From IMG/VR virus record IMGVR_UViG_3300010384_000118, positions 1 to 33,668 of that record: a stretch of 33,668 nt of DNA; one strand, written 5' to 3'. The notes under the pieces were generated by a model. It worked only from the letters and a program-made list of their open reading frames with translations. It was not told the DNA's origin and ran no database searches. The stretch comes from a virus. Lineage: Duplodnaviria > Caudoviricetes. A program made the position numbers and the translations under genes. Every line of letters starts with the position of its first letter. Positions within the stretch are counted from its first letter, which is position 1. This document shows, piece by piece, positions 7,436-16,491 of the stretch.

Positions 7436-9606
7436 TAACTAAACTCCCATACAATACAGATGCCATTGGCCCCAATACCACCGTCATTATTTCCACCACT
7501 GGATACTGAGTAACCACCGCTTCCACCTGAACCTGGGCTTACCCCAGAAAATCCACCACCATTGGTATAAATATTGATACCACCTTGACCAAAATAGCTG
7601 GCTCCACCTACACCGTTCATGTTGTAGTTGGAGTTGATACCATGACCACCAGTTTGACCATAACCGTTGAAATTACCACCAGAACCAACACCACCATAAC
7701 CGCCTTTAGCAGTTGAAATAGTTCCACCAGAACACTTTCCACCACCTGAGCCACCAGTAGCACTACACCATGCACCAAAACTAGTTGATCCACCACTTCC
7801 ACCATCAGTTGGGCCAATACCAGTTCCACCAGTTCCAAATGTTCCTATGGTGACAGTTTCAGATGAGTTAGGGGATGTAATCCAAAGACGTGCATAACCA
7901 CCAGCTCCCCCGCCACCACCTAAGTCAGCACTTGCAGTATTAGAGGCACCACCTCCTCCTCCACCAGCTCCAACAAGTTCAACAAGAACTTTGGTGGTGG
8001 AAGCGTTTTTAGTCCAAGTAGTAGAACCTGTAATAACTGTATATGCAACAAGCCTTCCAGATAATGAGCTTAAAGTACCCCAACTAGTGTTAGATCCATC
8101 AGTTGTTAAAAATTTGCCATTATTTCCTGTTTGAGAAGGGATAAGAGCATTTAAAGCAGCATTAGCACTTGTTTGTCCTGTACCACCATTGGCAATTGGA
8201 AGAGTTCCAGTAACACCACTAGATAAAGATACGTTAGTGATAGTGTTAGAGGAGCCAGAAATAGTCTTATTGGTAAGAGTGTCAGTAGTTGCACGACCAA
8301 CAACAGTATCAGTTGCGGAGAATAGTGTAACAGTCCCTGTATTTGAAATTGTTGATATAACAGGTGAGGTTAAAGTCTTATTGGTTAATGTTTGAGTGGC
8401 ATCAGTTCCAACAAGTGTTGTAGATGCGTTAGGGATTGTTAATGTACGAGTAGTTCCTGTTGTAATACCGCTTAACTGGAATACCGCTTGTTTTGTAGTA
8501 TCACCATCATCCTGAAGAGTGAATAAAGTATCTTTAATGGTAACGGTGTTGGTATTATCTAAGGTTTTGTTGGTAAGCGTTACAGAGGCACTATTTTTAG
8601 TTGAATCTGATGTGTTATCAACGTTTGAAAGACCAACATCTGCTTTAACAATGCCGGTTGGCGAGTTAATAACAGGGGTTGTTAGAGTTTTATTGGTTAA
8701 AGTATCAGTTGTATCGCGTCCTACCAAAGTATCAGTTGAAGTAGGAAGTGTTAAAGTGCCAGTATTACTAATACTAGAGATAACAGGGGCTGTTAAAGTC
8801 TTATTTGTCAGTGTTTGAGTAGCAGTCAGAGTTACAAGAGTATCTGTACCACTTGGTATAGTGACAGTTCCACTATTTGAGATAGACCTGATAACAGGAC
8901 TGGTTAAAGTCTTGTTAGTTAAAGTATCTGTTGTATCTCGACCTACTAAGGTATCTGTAGATGTAGGTAAAGTCAGAGTTCCAGTGTTTGAAATGGATGA
9001 AATAACAGGACTTGTAAGTGTTTTATTGGTAAAAGTCTCTGAGCCATCAAGTGTTGCAATAGTTCCATCATAATCAGGAGCTGAAAGTATTCTGGTTGTT
9101 GCAGTTGTAACACCACTTACCTCAAAAGCAAGCTGTTTTGTTACATCTCCATTATCTTGAATCCTGAAAACATCATCTTCAAAGGTAGGCCCACCGCCTC
9201 CACCTCCTCCGCCACTTGGTGCTGCCCATTTCACACCTAATGGTTGTCCAGAATCAGCAGTTAAAACATAGCCATTTGTTCCAAGAGGGAGTCTTGTATT
9301 GGTAGTACCAAAGATAACAAGATCACCTTTGGTAGTTGCTGGTGAAAGAGCATTAAAAGCATTATTAGCTGTAGTTTCACCTGTTCCACCTGAATTTATA
9401 GGTAAAACACCTGTTGTTTGAGTGGATAAATCAATAGTATCAACAGAGATGGTTACATCAAGTTTTCTGTTTAATGAATCATCTGAACCATCCAGTGTAA
9501 TACCTGAACCGGCAACAAGGTTTAAGGTTTTCTGGCTACCGATGGCAATATTATCAATCTTGAGATTTAGGCTTCCACCACCGCCACCACCTGTAAAGTA
9601 GCTCAT
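7435..9606 (-). CDS. Tail fibre with Thr-rich shaft repeats and glycine-rich C-terminal adhesin domain
   Basis: Seven TNKT repeats, LPIxxGGTG motif twice, C-terminal VELVGAGGGGGG...GGGGAGGY...GANGICIVWEF. Confidence 0.85.
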   Translation of the reverse strand: MSYFTGGGGGGSLNLKIDNIAIGSQKTLNLVAGSGITLDGSDDSLNRKLDVTISVDTIDLSTQTTGVLPINSGGTGETTANNAFNALSPATTKGDLVIFGTTNTRLPLGTNGYVLTADSGQPLGVKWAAPSGGGGGGGGPTFEDDVFRIQDNGDVTKQLAFEVSGVTTATTRILSAPDYDGTIATLDGSETFTNKTLTSPVISSISNTGTLTLPTSTDTLVGRDTTDTLTNKTLTSPVIRSISNSGTVTIPSGTDTLVTLTATQTLTNKTLTAPVISSISNTGTLTLPTSTDTLVGRDTTDTLTNKTLTTPVINSPTGIVKADVGLSNVDNTSDSTKNSASVTLTNKTLDNTNTVTIKDTLFTLQDDGDTTKQAVFQLSGITTGTTRTLTIPNASTTLVGTDATQTLTNKTLTSPVISTISNTGTVTLFSATDTVVGRATTDTLTNKTISGSSNTITNVSLSSGVTGTLPIANGGTGQTSANAALNALIPSQTGNNGKFLTTDGSNTSWGTLSSLSGRLVAYTVITGSTTWTKNASTTKVLVELVGAGGGGGGASNTASADLGGGGGAGGYARLWITSPNSSETVTIGTFGTGGTGIGPTDGGSGGSTSFGAWCSATGGSGGGKCSGGTISTAKGGYGGVGSGGNFNGYGQTGGHGINSNYNMNGVGGASYFGQGGINIYTNGGGFSGVSPGSGGSGGYSVSSGGNNDGGIGANGICIVWEFS
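8256..9040 (-). repeat. In-frame ~37-aa (111-nt) shaft repeats of the tail fibre
   Basis: Unit TLTNKTLTSPVISSISNTGTLTLPTSTDTLVGRDTTD, copies synonymously diverged. Confidence 0.85.
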
Positions 9607-9674
9607 TCTTATCCCTCACCGTAATTCTTATTTAAGAAATAGGTGGGGAAGATGATTTACTAGATGTAATGGTT

Positions 9675-11366
9675 TTAAACGACTGTACCGTCAGCTAAAA
9701 CCCAATCGGAACCACTATAAAAGATGGGTTTACCGAGCGTTGTATCAAAGTAGAACTGTCCTATTGTAGGACTTGCTGGTCTGTTAGCTGTAATATCGGC
9801 ATTAGTGATTAATCCACTAGCCTGAAGTGTTGAACTACAAGTTACCGTATCTTGAAAATCAACGTGATTACCAAAAGTAGAACCAGCATTGGCAGAAATT
9901 GTAGTAGAAGGTCCACCATCACCTTGTAAAACTATTGATGCTGGTTGTTCAAACCCAACAGTAATATTTATTGAAGAATTTCCAGCAGTCCCGCCACCTA
10001 AGCTAATGAATGACCCAGATGGATTTGCGGACATTAAAAAACTACCATAATTTCCATCAATACCTACTGTAGTATGGTCATTAACGCTAATTTCTCCTGG
10101 AAGAAAGAGTCCTTGTTGGAATGTATCAATAGATTGAACTTGAACTGCTGGACTTCCAGCATAATTCCCAATAAAAACATTAGCAGTGGTATAAAGATTA
10201 GAATCCCCAGCATCAATTCCATCCATAAATACACCCATACCACTTTTTTCTATGGCTGTGGTAGGTGCTTCAGGAATCGTGTTTCCACCAAGAATTATGC
10301 TATCAAGATTGATCAAATCAGAAGGTAAGCTTCCACCAGCTGCATCAATAGTGAGTGTATTACCAGTATCATCATAGGTAAGAGTGATGTTATCACCTGC
10401 AACCAGTAAATCAGCTACAACATCTTGAATTTGTTCAGAACTTGAACCACCACTACCTGTAAAGTCACTTGAATCTAGTGATAATGTTGGATTATAAATT
10501 AAATGTCTTGGATGACCTTCATTCCCAAAGATCAACTGAAGCTGTAAACCATCAGCCCCTTGCTTACGCATATATTTCTCATGAGTATCATCCAAGGTGA
10601 AAGAATAAGTTACCAGATGCCAGTCAGAATCCACAGTATAGTTAAGGAGAGTTGTTTTAGCGATAACTTCACTGCCTAGAATATCAACAATTCTGAATTT
10701 AAAGAGGTTTTTAGGACAAGGAGGTGTAGTAGGCTCCCAATTGACAAATCCAGTTACATCTTGACCAGTAGGATTTGTAAGATTCTGTTGCATAATGTCC
10801 GCAGTATAAGGGAGTGCGGCAAAATAGACGCTAAAATTCCAAGTCTTATAACCTAAATGATACCACTGTCTAATAGTTGCAATATCAAGACCATGTTCAA
10901 GCCTTACTGCTTCATCATGTAGGTTTGGGTTATTACACCAGACACCCATTGCATAACCAGTATTAGAATCTGGTCTGGCTGGAACACCATCTACACCGAA
11001 ATCATCAAATGGTGAGCAACCATGATAAACAACAGTATTTAAAGGTGAAATTGTCCAAGCTTCATCAAATCTTGCATCTACAGAATAAGAAGGGTTTTTG
11101 ATTGGATAACAAGCACTAAAGTGTGTATCATCTGTGTAACCAAACTCGTTCTTATGGTCTGTATAGTCAAAGCCATTGATATTATCCATCTTTGAATCAA
11201 GAAGTTGGACATTAGTAGGATCTAATACGACACCATCCATATTGATGGTTAGACTATTTGCAGAATCATTATAGTCTAATGTAATGTTAGTGCCTTCTTG
11301 TAAAAGGTCTGCAACTAAATCTTGAATCGATTCAGGGCTTGGTCTTCCGCCACCAAAGAAACTCAT
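9675..11366 (-). CDS. Tail fibre / receptor-binding protein
   Basis: Duplicated EQIQDxVADLL..GxNITLxYxD..NxLTI motif. C-terminal RPASPTIGQFYFDTTLGKPIFYSGSDW fibre motif. SD AGGAGG. Confidence 0.75.
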   Translation of the reverse strand: MSFFGGGRPSPESIQDLVADLLQEGTNITLDYNDSANSLTINMDGVVLDPTNVQLLDSKMDNINGFDYTDHKNEFGYTDDTHFSACYPIKNPSYSVDARFDEAWTISPLNTVVYHGCSPFDDFGVDGVPARPDSNTGYAMGVWCNNPNLHDEAVRLEHGLDIATIRQWYHLGYKTWNFSVYFAALPYTADIMQQNLTNPTGQDVTGFVNWEPTTPPCPKNLFKFRIVDILGSEVIAKTTLLNYTVDSDWHLVTYSFTLDDTHEKYMRKQGADGLQLQLIFGNEGHPRHLIYNPTLSLDSSDFTGSGGSSSEQIQDVVADLLVAGDNITLTYDDTGNTLTIDAAGGSLPSDLINLDSIILGGNTIPEAPTTAIEKSGMGVFMDGIDAGDSNLYTTANVFIGNYAGSPAVQVQSIDTFQQGLFLPGEISVNDHTTVGIDGNYGSFLMSANPSGSFISLGGGTAGNSSINITVGFEQPASIVLQGDGGPSTTISANAGSTFGNHVDFQDTVTCSSTLQASGLITNADITANRPASPTIGQFYFDTTLGKPIFYSGSDWVLADGTVV

Positions 11367-11377
11367 ATCAATCCCTC

Positions 11378-11758
11378 CTACTGATGAAAGGTTAGTGATA
11401 GTGCTTCAATGTAAAAAATGGATAAGTCAGTAACACCAGCATCTGACTTGATAATCAAAGGAATATCTTGTTGAAGAGGAATGATATTAGAGCCAACAGG
11501 CATGAAAACACCCTGATTCTCTGCTAATTCAAAGTTAAAGTAGCTAGTATCAGAATATTTAATCTTGAAGTTCATAGCGTTATTCTCAGAGAACAATAGA
11601 CCTACAATAAAGATGCAACGTCCTTCTGCTGGGGTAACAACGGTAATATCAGTATCTACATCGCCATCTGGAATAGTGATGACTGCTTGTTTTACAGGGC
11701 CTTCACCTGTATGCATTTTTCTCATGTTGTGAGTGATAGTATCGATGGTAACAGTCAT
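11378..11758 (-). CDS. Small beta-rich structural protein (possible fibre-branching adaptor)
   Basis: Located between fibre genes, beta-strand-like pattern, TAATG coupling. Confidence 0.5.
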   Translation of the reverse strand: MTVTIDTITHNMRKMHTGEGPVKQAVITIPDGDVDTDITVVTPAEGRCIFIVGLLFSENNAMNFKIKYSDTSYFNFELAENQGVFMPVGSNIIPLQQDIPLIIKSDAGVTDLSIFYIEALSLTFHQ

Positions 11759-11979
11759 TACTTTCTCCCTAGTAGTCTTTCAATCAAGGTTTTGGTTCTT
11801 AAACCATTGCTAGAACTGATTAAATCTGTGTGATTAATAAGTAAATAGCCATCTGGTAAACGCCCTTCCACTTGTTCAAATTCAGTAGGATCAAATTGAC
11901 CAGAGAAGTCACTATAGCCATGTTGGAGGACTTCATTTGGTGCTTTGATTCGTCTTACATAAAAATGTGATGAGTACAT
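11758..11979 (-). CDS. Small tail-associated hypothetical protein
   Basis: Tightly packed downstream of the fibre gene (4-nt gap) and coupled to the next gene. Confidence 0.55.
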   Translation of the reverse strand: MYSSHFYVRRIKAPNEVLQHGYSDFSGQFDPTEFEQVEGRLPDGYLLINHTDLISSSNGLRTKTLIERLLGRK

Positions 11980-11983
11980 AGTC

Positions 11984-13531
11984 TTAATAAACCTCTGTTA
12001 TGTAGTAGCCCCTAACAGCAACGTTTACAGCTGTTGCACCAGAGTTCTTATATTGGATATTTCGACTTGAATCAGTATCAACAATGAGTTCATAGCTGTT
12101 ATTAGCTACTGTGAGCCTTGGAACACCAGTTGTTGAAGGTGTACCTTTAGCTTGAAGATAGGTACGAATAGCACCAGCTGACCAATACCAGAACAAACCT
12201 TGTCTTGAAATAGCTGGAATCCAAGTAGAGGTGGAGACATCGGTAAAACTTGTTGCAACCCCACCAGATAAGACACTGGTTGTTGTATTTGAAAATGTAG
12301 AATCATCATAAGCAGTGTTATAGATGATGAGTGGTCTATAAGGGCCACCAACACAATAAAAAGGTGTTATAAGTGGTGTTGTGGTACTTGCATCAGTTCT
12401 TAAAGCAAATGGAAGCTGTCTAACATTAGAGTATGAAACATACGAAACAGTGACAGTTCCTGTTTTTGAGCCTGTAATATTGATTGGACTAGCACCAGTT
12501 AATGCATCAGTTGAGTTTGTATGCATTGTAAAGGTCGTAGAGGAGTTTACATGAGCATAATATGTAGTTGCAAAAGCAAGTCCAGAGGGTAAAGTGGATG
12601 TTCCAGTTGCATCATTGAAAACAATGGCAAGTCCATTTCTTAAGTTATGGTTGGCAGTTGTGGTACAAGTATCAGCTGTTGCATCAAAGCTAGAAACAGT
12701 ATTCAACGAACTTGGGAGATCAACGATTGAATCACCACCAGCTATATTTCTTGTGCTTAAAACTAAACCAGTATTAGAAACAGTGTCAGAGACTGCATAG
12801 AGATTAAAGAATGTGTTAGGCGCTCTACCCCCTCTGTAATAAGCAACAGCACTAGCTGATGTTACAAAGGTACTTTCAACAGTTAATGAAGTATTTGAAG
12901 AAACAGCAGTAATTCTACGACTTTCAGAACCTGTAACAGAGATAACATCACCAACTTGGAAATCAGTTAAGAATGCTGTGCTTGAACCTGTAACAGAGGC
13001 TGAACCTGAAGATACAGTTACAGTTCCAAGGAATTGAGAGGCAGCTGATTGTGCAAGTCCATTTAAACCAGTTGTAGTTATATCAACAGTAGTTGTAGAG
13101 CTTTTAGTGATAGTGTCAGTATTAGTGCTATTACGACAAGAAATTTGAGCAACAGTGAATTGAGTGGTATTCCCATAGACAGGTGCTGTAGTAGTGTTAA
13201 ACCCTAATAATCCTGCACCAAATTTAGTATCAACATAAAGTTTGGATGCTGCATGAGCATTTTGAGAGGGTGTTGTTTGACCAAGTGTTAAAAAGCCTGT
13301 AACAGTTGCAGTTCCAGAAACAGAAAGACTAGATGCGGTTGTTACACCCAATGTCATAGTTCCATTAAAGGTCTTATTGCCAGTAATGGTCAGATTTCCA
13401 GATTCAACAGCAGTTAGACGAGTATCAACATCATTGATTCCATTTACAAAAACATCATGTTCTTGGTTATGAATCACGGCATCAATAATAGAACCATTTG
13501 TATAGTTTGTAAGTCTACTAACTTGTGCCAA
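11984..13531 (-). CDS. Primary (anchor-bearing) tail fibre
   Basis: Ser/Thr-rich, with HAASKLYVD and GTVTVSSGSASVTGSSTAF fibre motifs. The TTG at 13531 follows GGGAATGAGGG and is preferred to 13576. Confidence 0.75.
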   Translation of the reverse strand: MAQVSRLTNYTNGSIIDAVIHNQEHDVFVNGINDVDTRLTAVESGNLTITGNKTFNGTMTLGVTTASSLSVSGTATVTGFLTLGQTTPSQNAHAASKLYVDTKFGAGLLGFNTTTAPVYGNTTQFTVAQISCRNSTNTDTITKSSTTTVDITTTGLNGLAQSAASQFLGTVTVSSGSASVTGSSTAFLTDFQVGDVISVTGSESRRITAVSSNTSLTVESTFVTSASAVAYYRGGRAPNTFFNLYAVSDTVSNTGLVLSTRNIAGGDSIVDLPSSLNTVSSFDATADTCTTTANHNLRNGLAIVFNDATGTSTLPSGLAFATTYYAHVNSSTTFTMHTNSTDALTGASPINITGSKTGTVTVSYVSYSNVRQLPFALRTDASTTTPLITPFYCVGGPYRPLIIYNTAYDDSTFSNTTTSVLSGGVATSFTDVSTSTWIPAISRQGLFWYWSAGAIRTYLQAKGTPSTTGVPRLTVANNSYELIVDTDSSRNIQYKNSGATAVNVAVRGYYITEVY

Positions 13532-13549
13532 GTCCTTACCCTCATTCCC

Positions 13550-13595
13550 TACTAAAGAAATAGGGATTGAAAGCACTAGAACTATTTTCTAAATA
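13550..13595. promoter_or_regulatory. Back-to-back class B promoter-like motifs
   Basis: CTATTTCTTTAGTA on minus (13550-13563) and CTATTTTCTAAATA on plus (13582-13595), each facing its gene. Confidence 0.55.
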
Positions 13596-13614
13596 TAGAA
13601 TCCGAGTGTTTATA

Positions 13615-16491
13615 ATGGCTCATAATTGCAGTTTAGATGGTCTTATCAAAGCATTAAAAAAGATCTCTGGTGTTGAAGATAAGAAGCAAGCTGAATTATT
13701 AGGTGAACAGAATGTTCTTCCTTCAGTGGATAGAAATAAAGGTGTCTTCAGTAATTTTAGAGATACCTTCAATTCTGAAGCTAATTTCAAAGGAAAGACT
13801 TTTAAAGGTGTTCAAGGTGAAGAGTATTTGTTTGCAAGAGACAATTGGGCTTCAAACAGAAATAATGCAAGCCTTACAAACACTATCAAAGGCGCACAAG
13901 TTGCTTTAAATCCTACTGATTTCAATATCAATGGGAAGCTAACTAGATTAGATGCTTTCCAGCAAAGAAAAGCTCTTTGGGACTACTTGATGTTCAAGAA
14001 CTTTGAAGCTAGAGAAGGTCAAGGTGAGGAGTTACCCTTTAACCTACAGCCAGGTGAAGCAACTAGCTCTGCATCTAATCTTGAGGCTATTATTAGACAA
14101 AACCCACAACTATCAGGTCTTTTAGACCATTACAATGCTGTTTTAGATTTATCAACACAAGTAGGTAGACAACTAGGGATTATAGGTGAAGATGCAACCA
14201 TTCCCGGAAGACTACCTTATGAGGCTGAAGAACTCTTGTATGCGGCCCAAAAGCAAGGTGTTTTAGATGAGGGAATCTATACAAACCTCGATACTATCCT
14301 TGATTCACACTTAAAGCGCGTTGATAAAGCTGTCAACGAGTATCGTTTTAAAGCTGAAGTGGCTGAAAAGTATGGTACACCTTACAACCCAGAGTCACCT
14401 ATTCCTCAAGGTGAGGAAATCATGCAGCTTCGACCTTATGATCTCATGTCTATTGTTAATGGTGGTCAACAACCTGCCAATGGAATCTTTACAGCTATTG
14501 CAGAACATTATGAGAACAGAGCAGGTCTTCCAACAGGTGAAGCTTATACCGTTCCCAAAGAAATGGTTAGTGATATGGATAACTTCATCGATGATGTAAG
14601 GCTTCCAGAGTTTTGGAAAGCTGCAAATCAAGGAACATCGAACTGGAAAGCTCTTGTTACTGCAAATCCATTGAATCCCGGTGTTTTAAGGTATGTTGTC
14701 AATCAGCTAGTTCAAGATAACCTAATGAACTTTTCTATGATGGACCCTACAGCTTGGCGTAGTGTTCCAGAGGCTTTTGTAACCTTAAAAGACATTATTA
14801 AAGATCCAAAAGGTCAGATTGAAATCACTTTAGATAATGGACAACAGAAAGTCTTTTCGTCTAAAGAAATATCTGAAGGTCTTGGTATTACTGGTGTTTA
14901 TACAGACACTTATGGCAATGCAACTAGACCAACAAGTGCTTCATACCTTGAAAAGTTTGGAAACAAGCCTATGAGAGTTCTTTTAGGACTTCCAATTATT
15001 AAACAACTTGGAATGGGGTTTGATTTATTAGGTGACAAGATTATTTCAACCAATGAGTTTAGAGAGTCCTTACCTAAAATGGCTTCTTTCTTGAATCAAA
15101 TCAAACAAGGTAAATCTTTGGTTGAGGCCCATGAATATGCTGGTGAAAGACTTTTAAACCTTACTCGTATGTCACCTACTGAAAGAGCTTGGTTTGCAAA
15201 TGGACTTGTGCCTTTCTATAACGTTTACAAGCAATTGATTGTTACCCAAGCCAAAGCCTTAACAGGTAAGTATGGAGCTGGTGCAGCAGTTGGTGCATGG
15301 ATGATAGGTGTTGGAATCCCAGCGGCCATTGATACAGTCAATATGATGAGATACCCAGAACAAGAGGAAAAGCTAAGAAAAGCTTATCCAAATGATCATT
15401 TCTTCATTGCCAGTGTTGATGAAGATGGAAATGCAATAGCTGTCAAATATCCAGCCCCTGTACCTCTTCAGATGATTGGTTTAGATGGATTAGCACCTGC
15501 TATAGCACATATGGTTGCAGGTGGAACACTAGAGGAATCAACAGATATTCTAATGAGATCCTTAACAAGAGAAGGTTCTGACAATATTGCAGCTGGTGTT
15601 CCAGTTGTAGCACCACTCATTGATACTGTTGAAGGATTGTTATCACCCGGTGTTCAAGCCTTATCAACGCTTACAACAGGTTATGATCCTCATACAGGTA
15701 GACAAATTGTTAAACCTGATGATTCACCTATGGATAGATTGTCTAAAGCTGCTGGTGTTGGCATCAATGCTTTCAATCCCATTATAGGTGGTTGGTCAAG
15801 GCTCACTGATACAGCTTTAAGTGGTAATGATCAGTATCAAGACTTTAAAAGTAGTCTTCCTGATGCTGTAAAGAATCTTGCTGGTGTTCAAGATGACAAT
15901 AAACCCAGATCTGGAACAAATCAGGCTTATAAGCTTGCTGGTCAAATTGTTGGTCAAACCAAAGATATGAAAGGCCCAGGTATCCTTTATCAAGAGGAAC
16001 AACAAGTTGGTCAACTACAATCCCATAAAGTAAAAGACTTCAAGAAAGAAGAATCTGACTTTAAACGCTCTGAAAGAAAGCAATTGAACTCGGATAAAGA
16101 CTATGTTGATCTAACACCAAACTTAAGAAAGAAAGTTCAAAGCTTATTGTCATCATCTAAAGATGATGCTGGAATGTCATATCGGGCTATCATGGACCAT
16201 ATGAAACAAGTTGATGAGTATTATGCTGCTGTTGAAAAGGGTCAATTGAAGCTAACACCACAAGAACAACAGGCTTTAGACCAACATTATCAAGTCGGAC
16301 AACAATATTGGAACGCTTGGAAGAATGAAAGTCATTTAAGACAGCAAGTGGCTATCTTGGTTGCAAAAAGTTATCCTGATGCCGATTCAAGAACACAAAC
16401 AGAAATATATAAAGCAGCTTTATCACAGTATTCACAACTAGACACAGCTGATGTTGATACTGAAGAAACAAAGACTGAATCTACTGATTAA
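13615..16491 (+). CDS. Large internal virion / DNA-ejection protein with LPD38-like C-terminal region, inverted relative to the module
   Basis: VPFYN..Q and TGYDPHTGRQIV motifs plus an amphipathic GAGAAVGAW segment resemble large podophage ejection proteins. ATG 13615 (958 aa) is preferred to TTG 13567. Confidence 0.7.
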   Translation: MAHNCSLDGLIKALKKISGVEDKKQAELLGEQNVLPSVDRNKGVFSNFRDTFNSEANFKGKTFKGVQGEEYLFARDNWASNRNNASLTNTIKGAQVALNPTDFNINGKLTRLDAFQQRKALWDYLMFKNFEAREGQGEELPFNLQPGEATSSASNLEAIIRQNPQLSGLLDHYNAVLDLSTQVGRQLGIIGEDATIPGRLPYEAEELLYAAQKQGVLDEGIYTNLDTILDSHLKRVDKAVNEYRFKAEVAEKYGTPYNPESPIPQGEEIMQLRPYDLMSIVNGGQQPANGIFTAIAEHYENRAGLPTGEAYTVPKEMVSDMDNFIDDVRLPEFWKAANQGTSNWKALVTANPLNPGVLRYVVNQLVQDNLMNFSMMDPTAWRSVPEAFVTLKDIIKDPKGQIEITLDNGQQKVFSSKEISEGLGITGVYTDTYGNATRPTSASYLEKFGNKPMRVLLGLPIIKQLGMGFDLLGDKIISTNEFRESLPKMASFLNQIKQGKSLVEAHEYAGERLLNLTRMSPTERAWFANGLVPFYNVYKQLIVTQAKALTGKYGAGAAVGAWMIGVGIPAAIDTVNMMRYPEQEEKLRKAYPNDHFFIASVDEDGNAIAVKYPAPVPLQMIGLDGLAPAIAHMVAGGTLEESTDILMRSLTREGSDNIAAGVPVVAPLIDTVEGLLSPGVQALSTLTTGYDPHTGRQIVKPDDSPMDRLSKAAGVGINAFNPIIGGWSRLTDTALSGNDQYQDFKSSLPDAVKNLAGVQDDNKPRSGTNQAYKLAGQIVGQTKDMKGPGILYQEEQQVGQLQSHKVKDFKKEESDFKRSERKQLNSDKDYVDLTPNLRKKVQSLLSSSKDDAGMSYRAIMDHMKQVDEYYAAVEKGQLKLTPQEQQALDQHYQVGQQYWNAWKNESHLRQQVAILVAKSYPDADSRTQTEIYKAALSQYSQLDTADVDTEETKTESTD

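Noticed and set aside
6945-9073. Short alternative-frame and antisense ORFs (6945, 7024, 7241, 7617, 8189, 8519, 8861)
   Set aside because: Shadows of Thr/Gly-rich fibre and chaperone codons, with no RBS and full overlap with well-supported genes.
7435-9606. Diversity-generating retroelement or CRISPR-like array in the fibre repeats
   Set aside because: Repeats are in-frame and synonymously diverged. No reverse transcriptase, no adenine-specific TR/VR pair, no repeat-spacer structure.
13567-13629. Conventional or split intein suggested by ...IMAHNC
   Set aside because: An in-frame TAG at 13561 closes the frame, and no Hint blocks A/B/F appear in either gene or elsewhere. Retained only as an alternative hypothesis in the Cys-junction finding.
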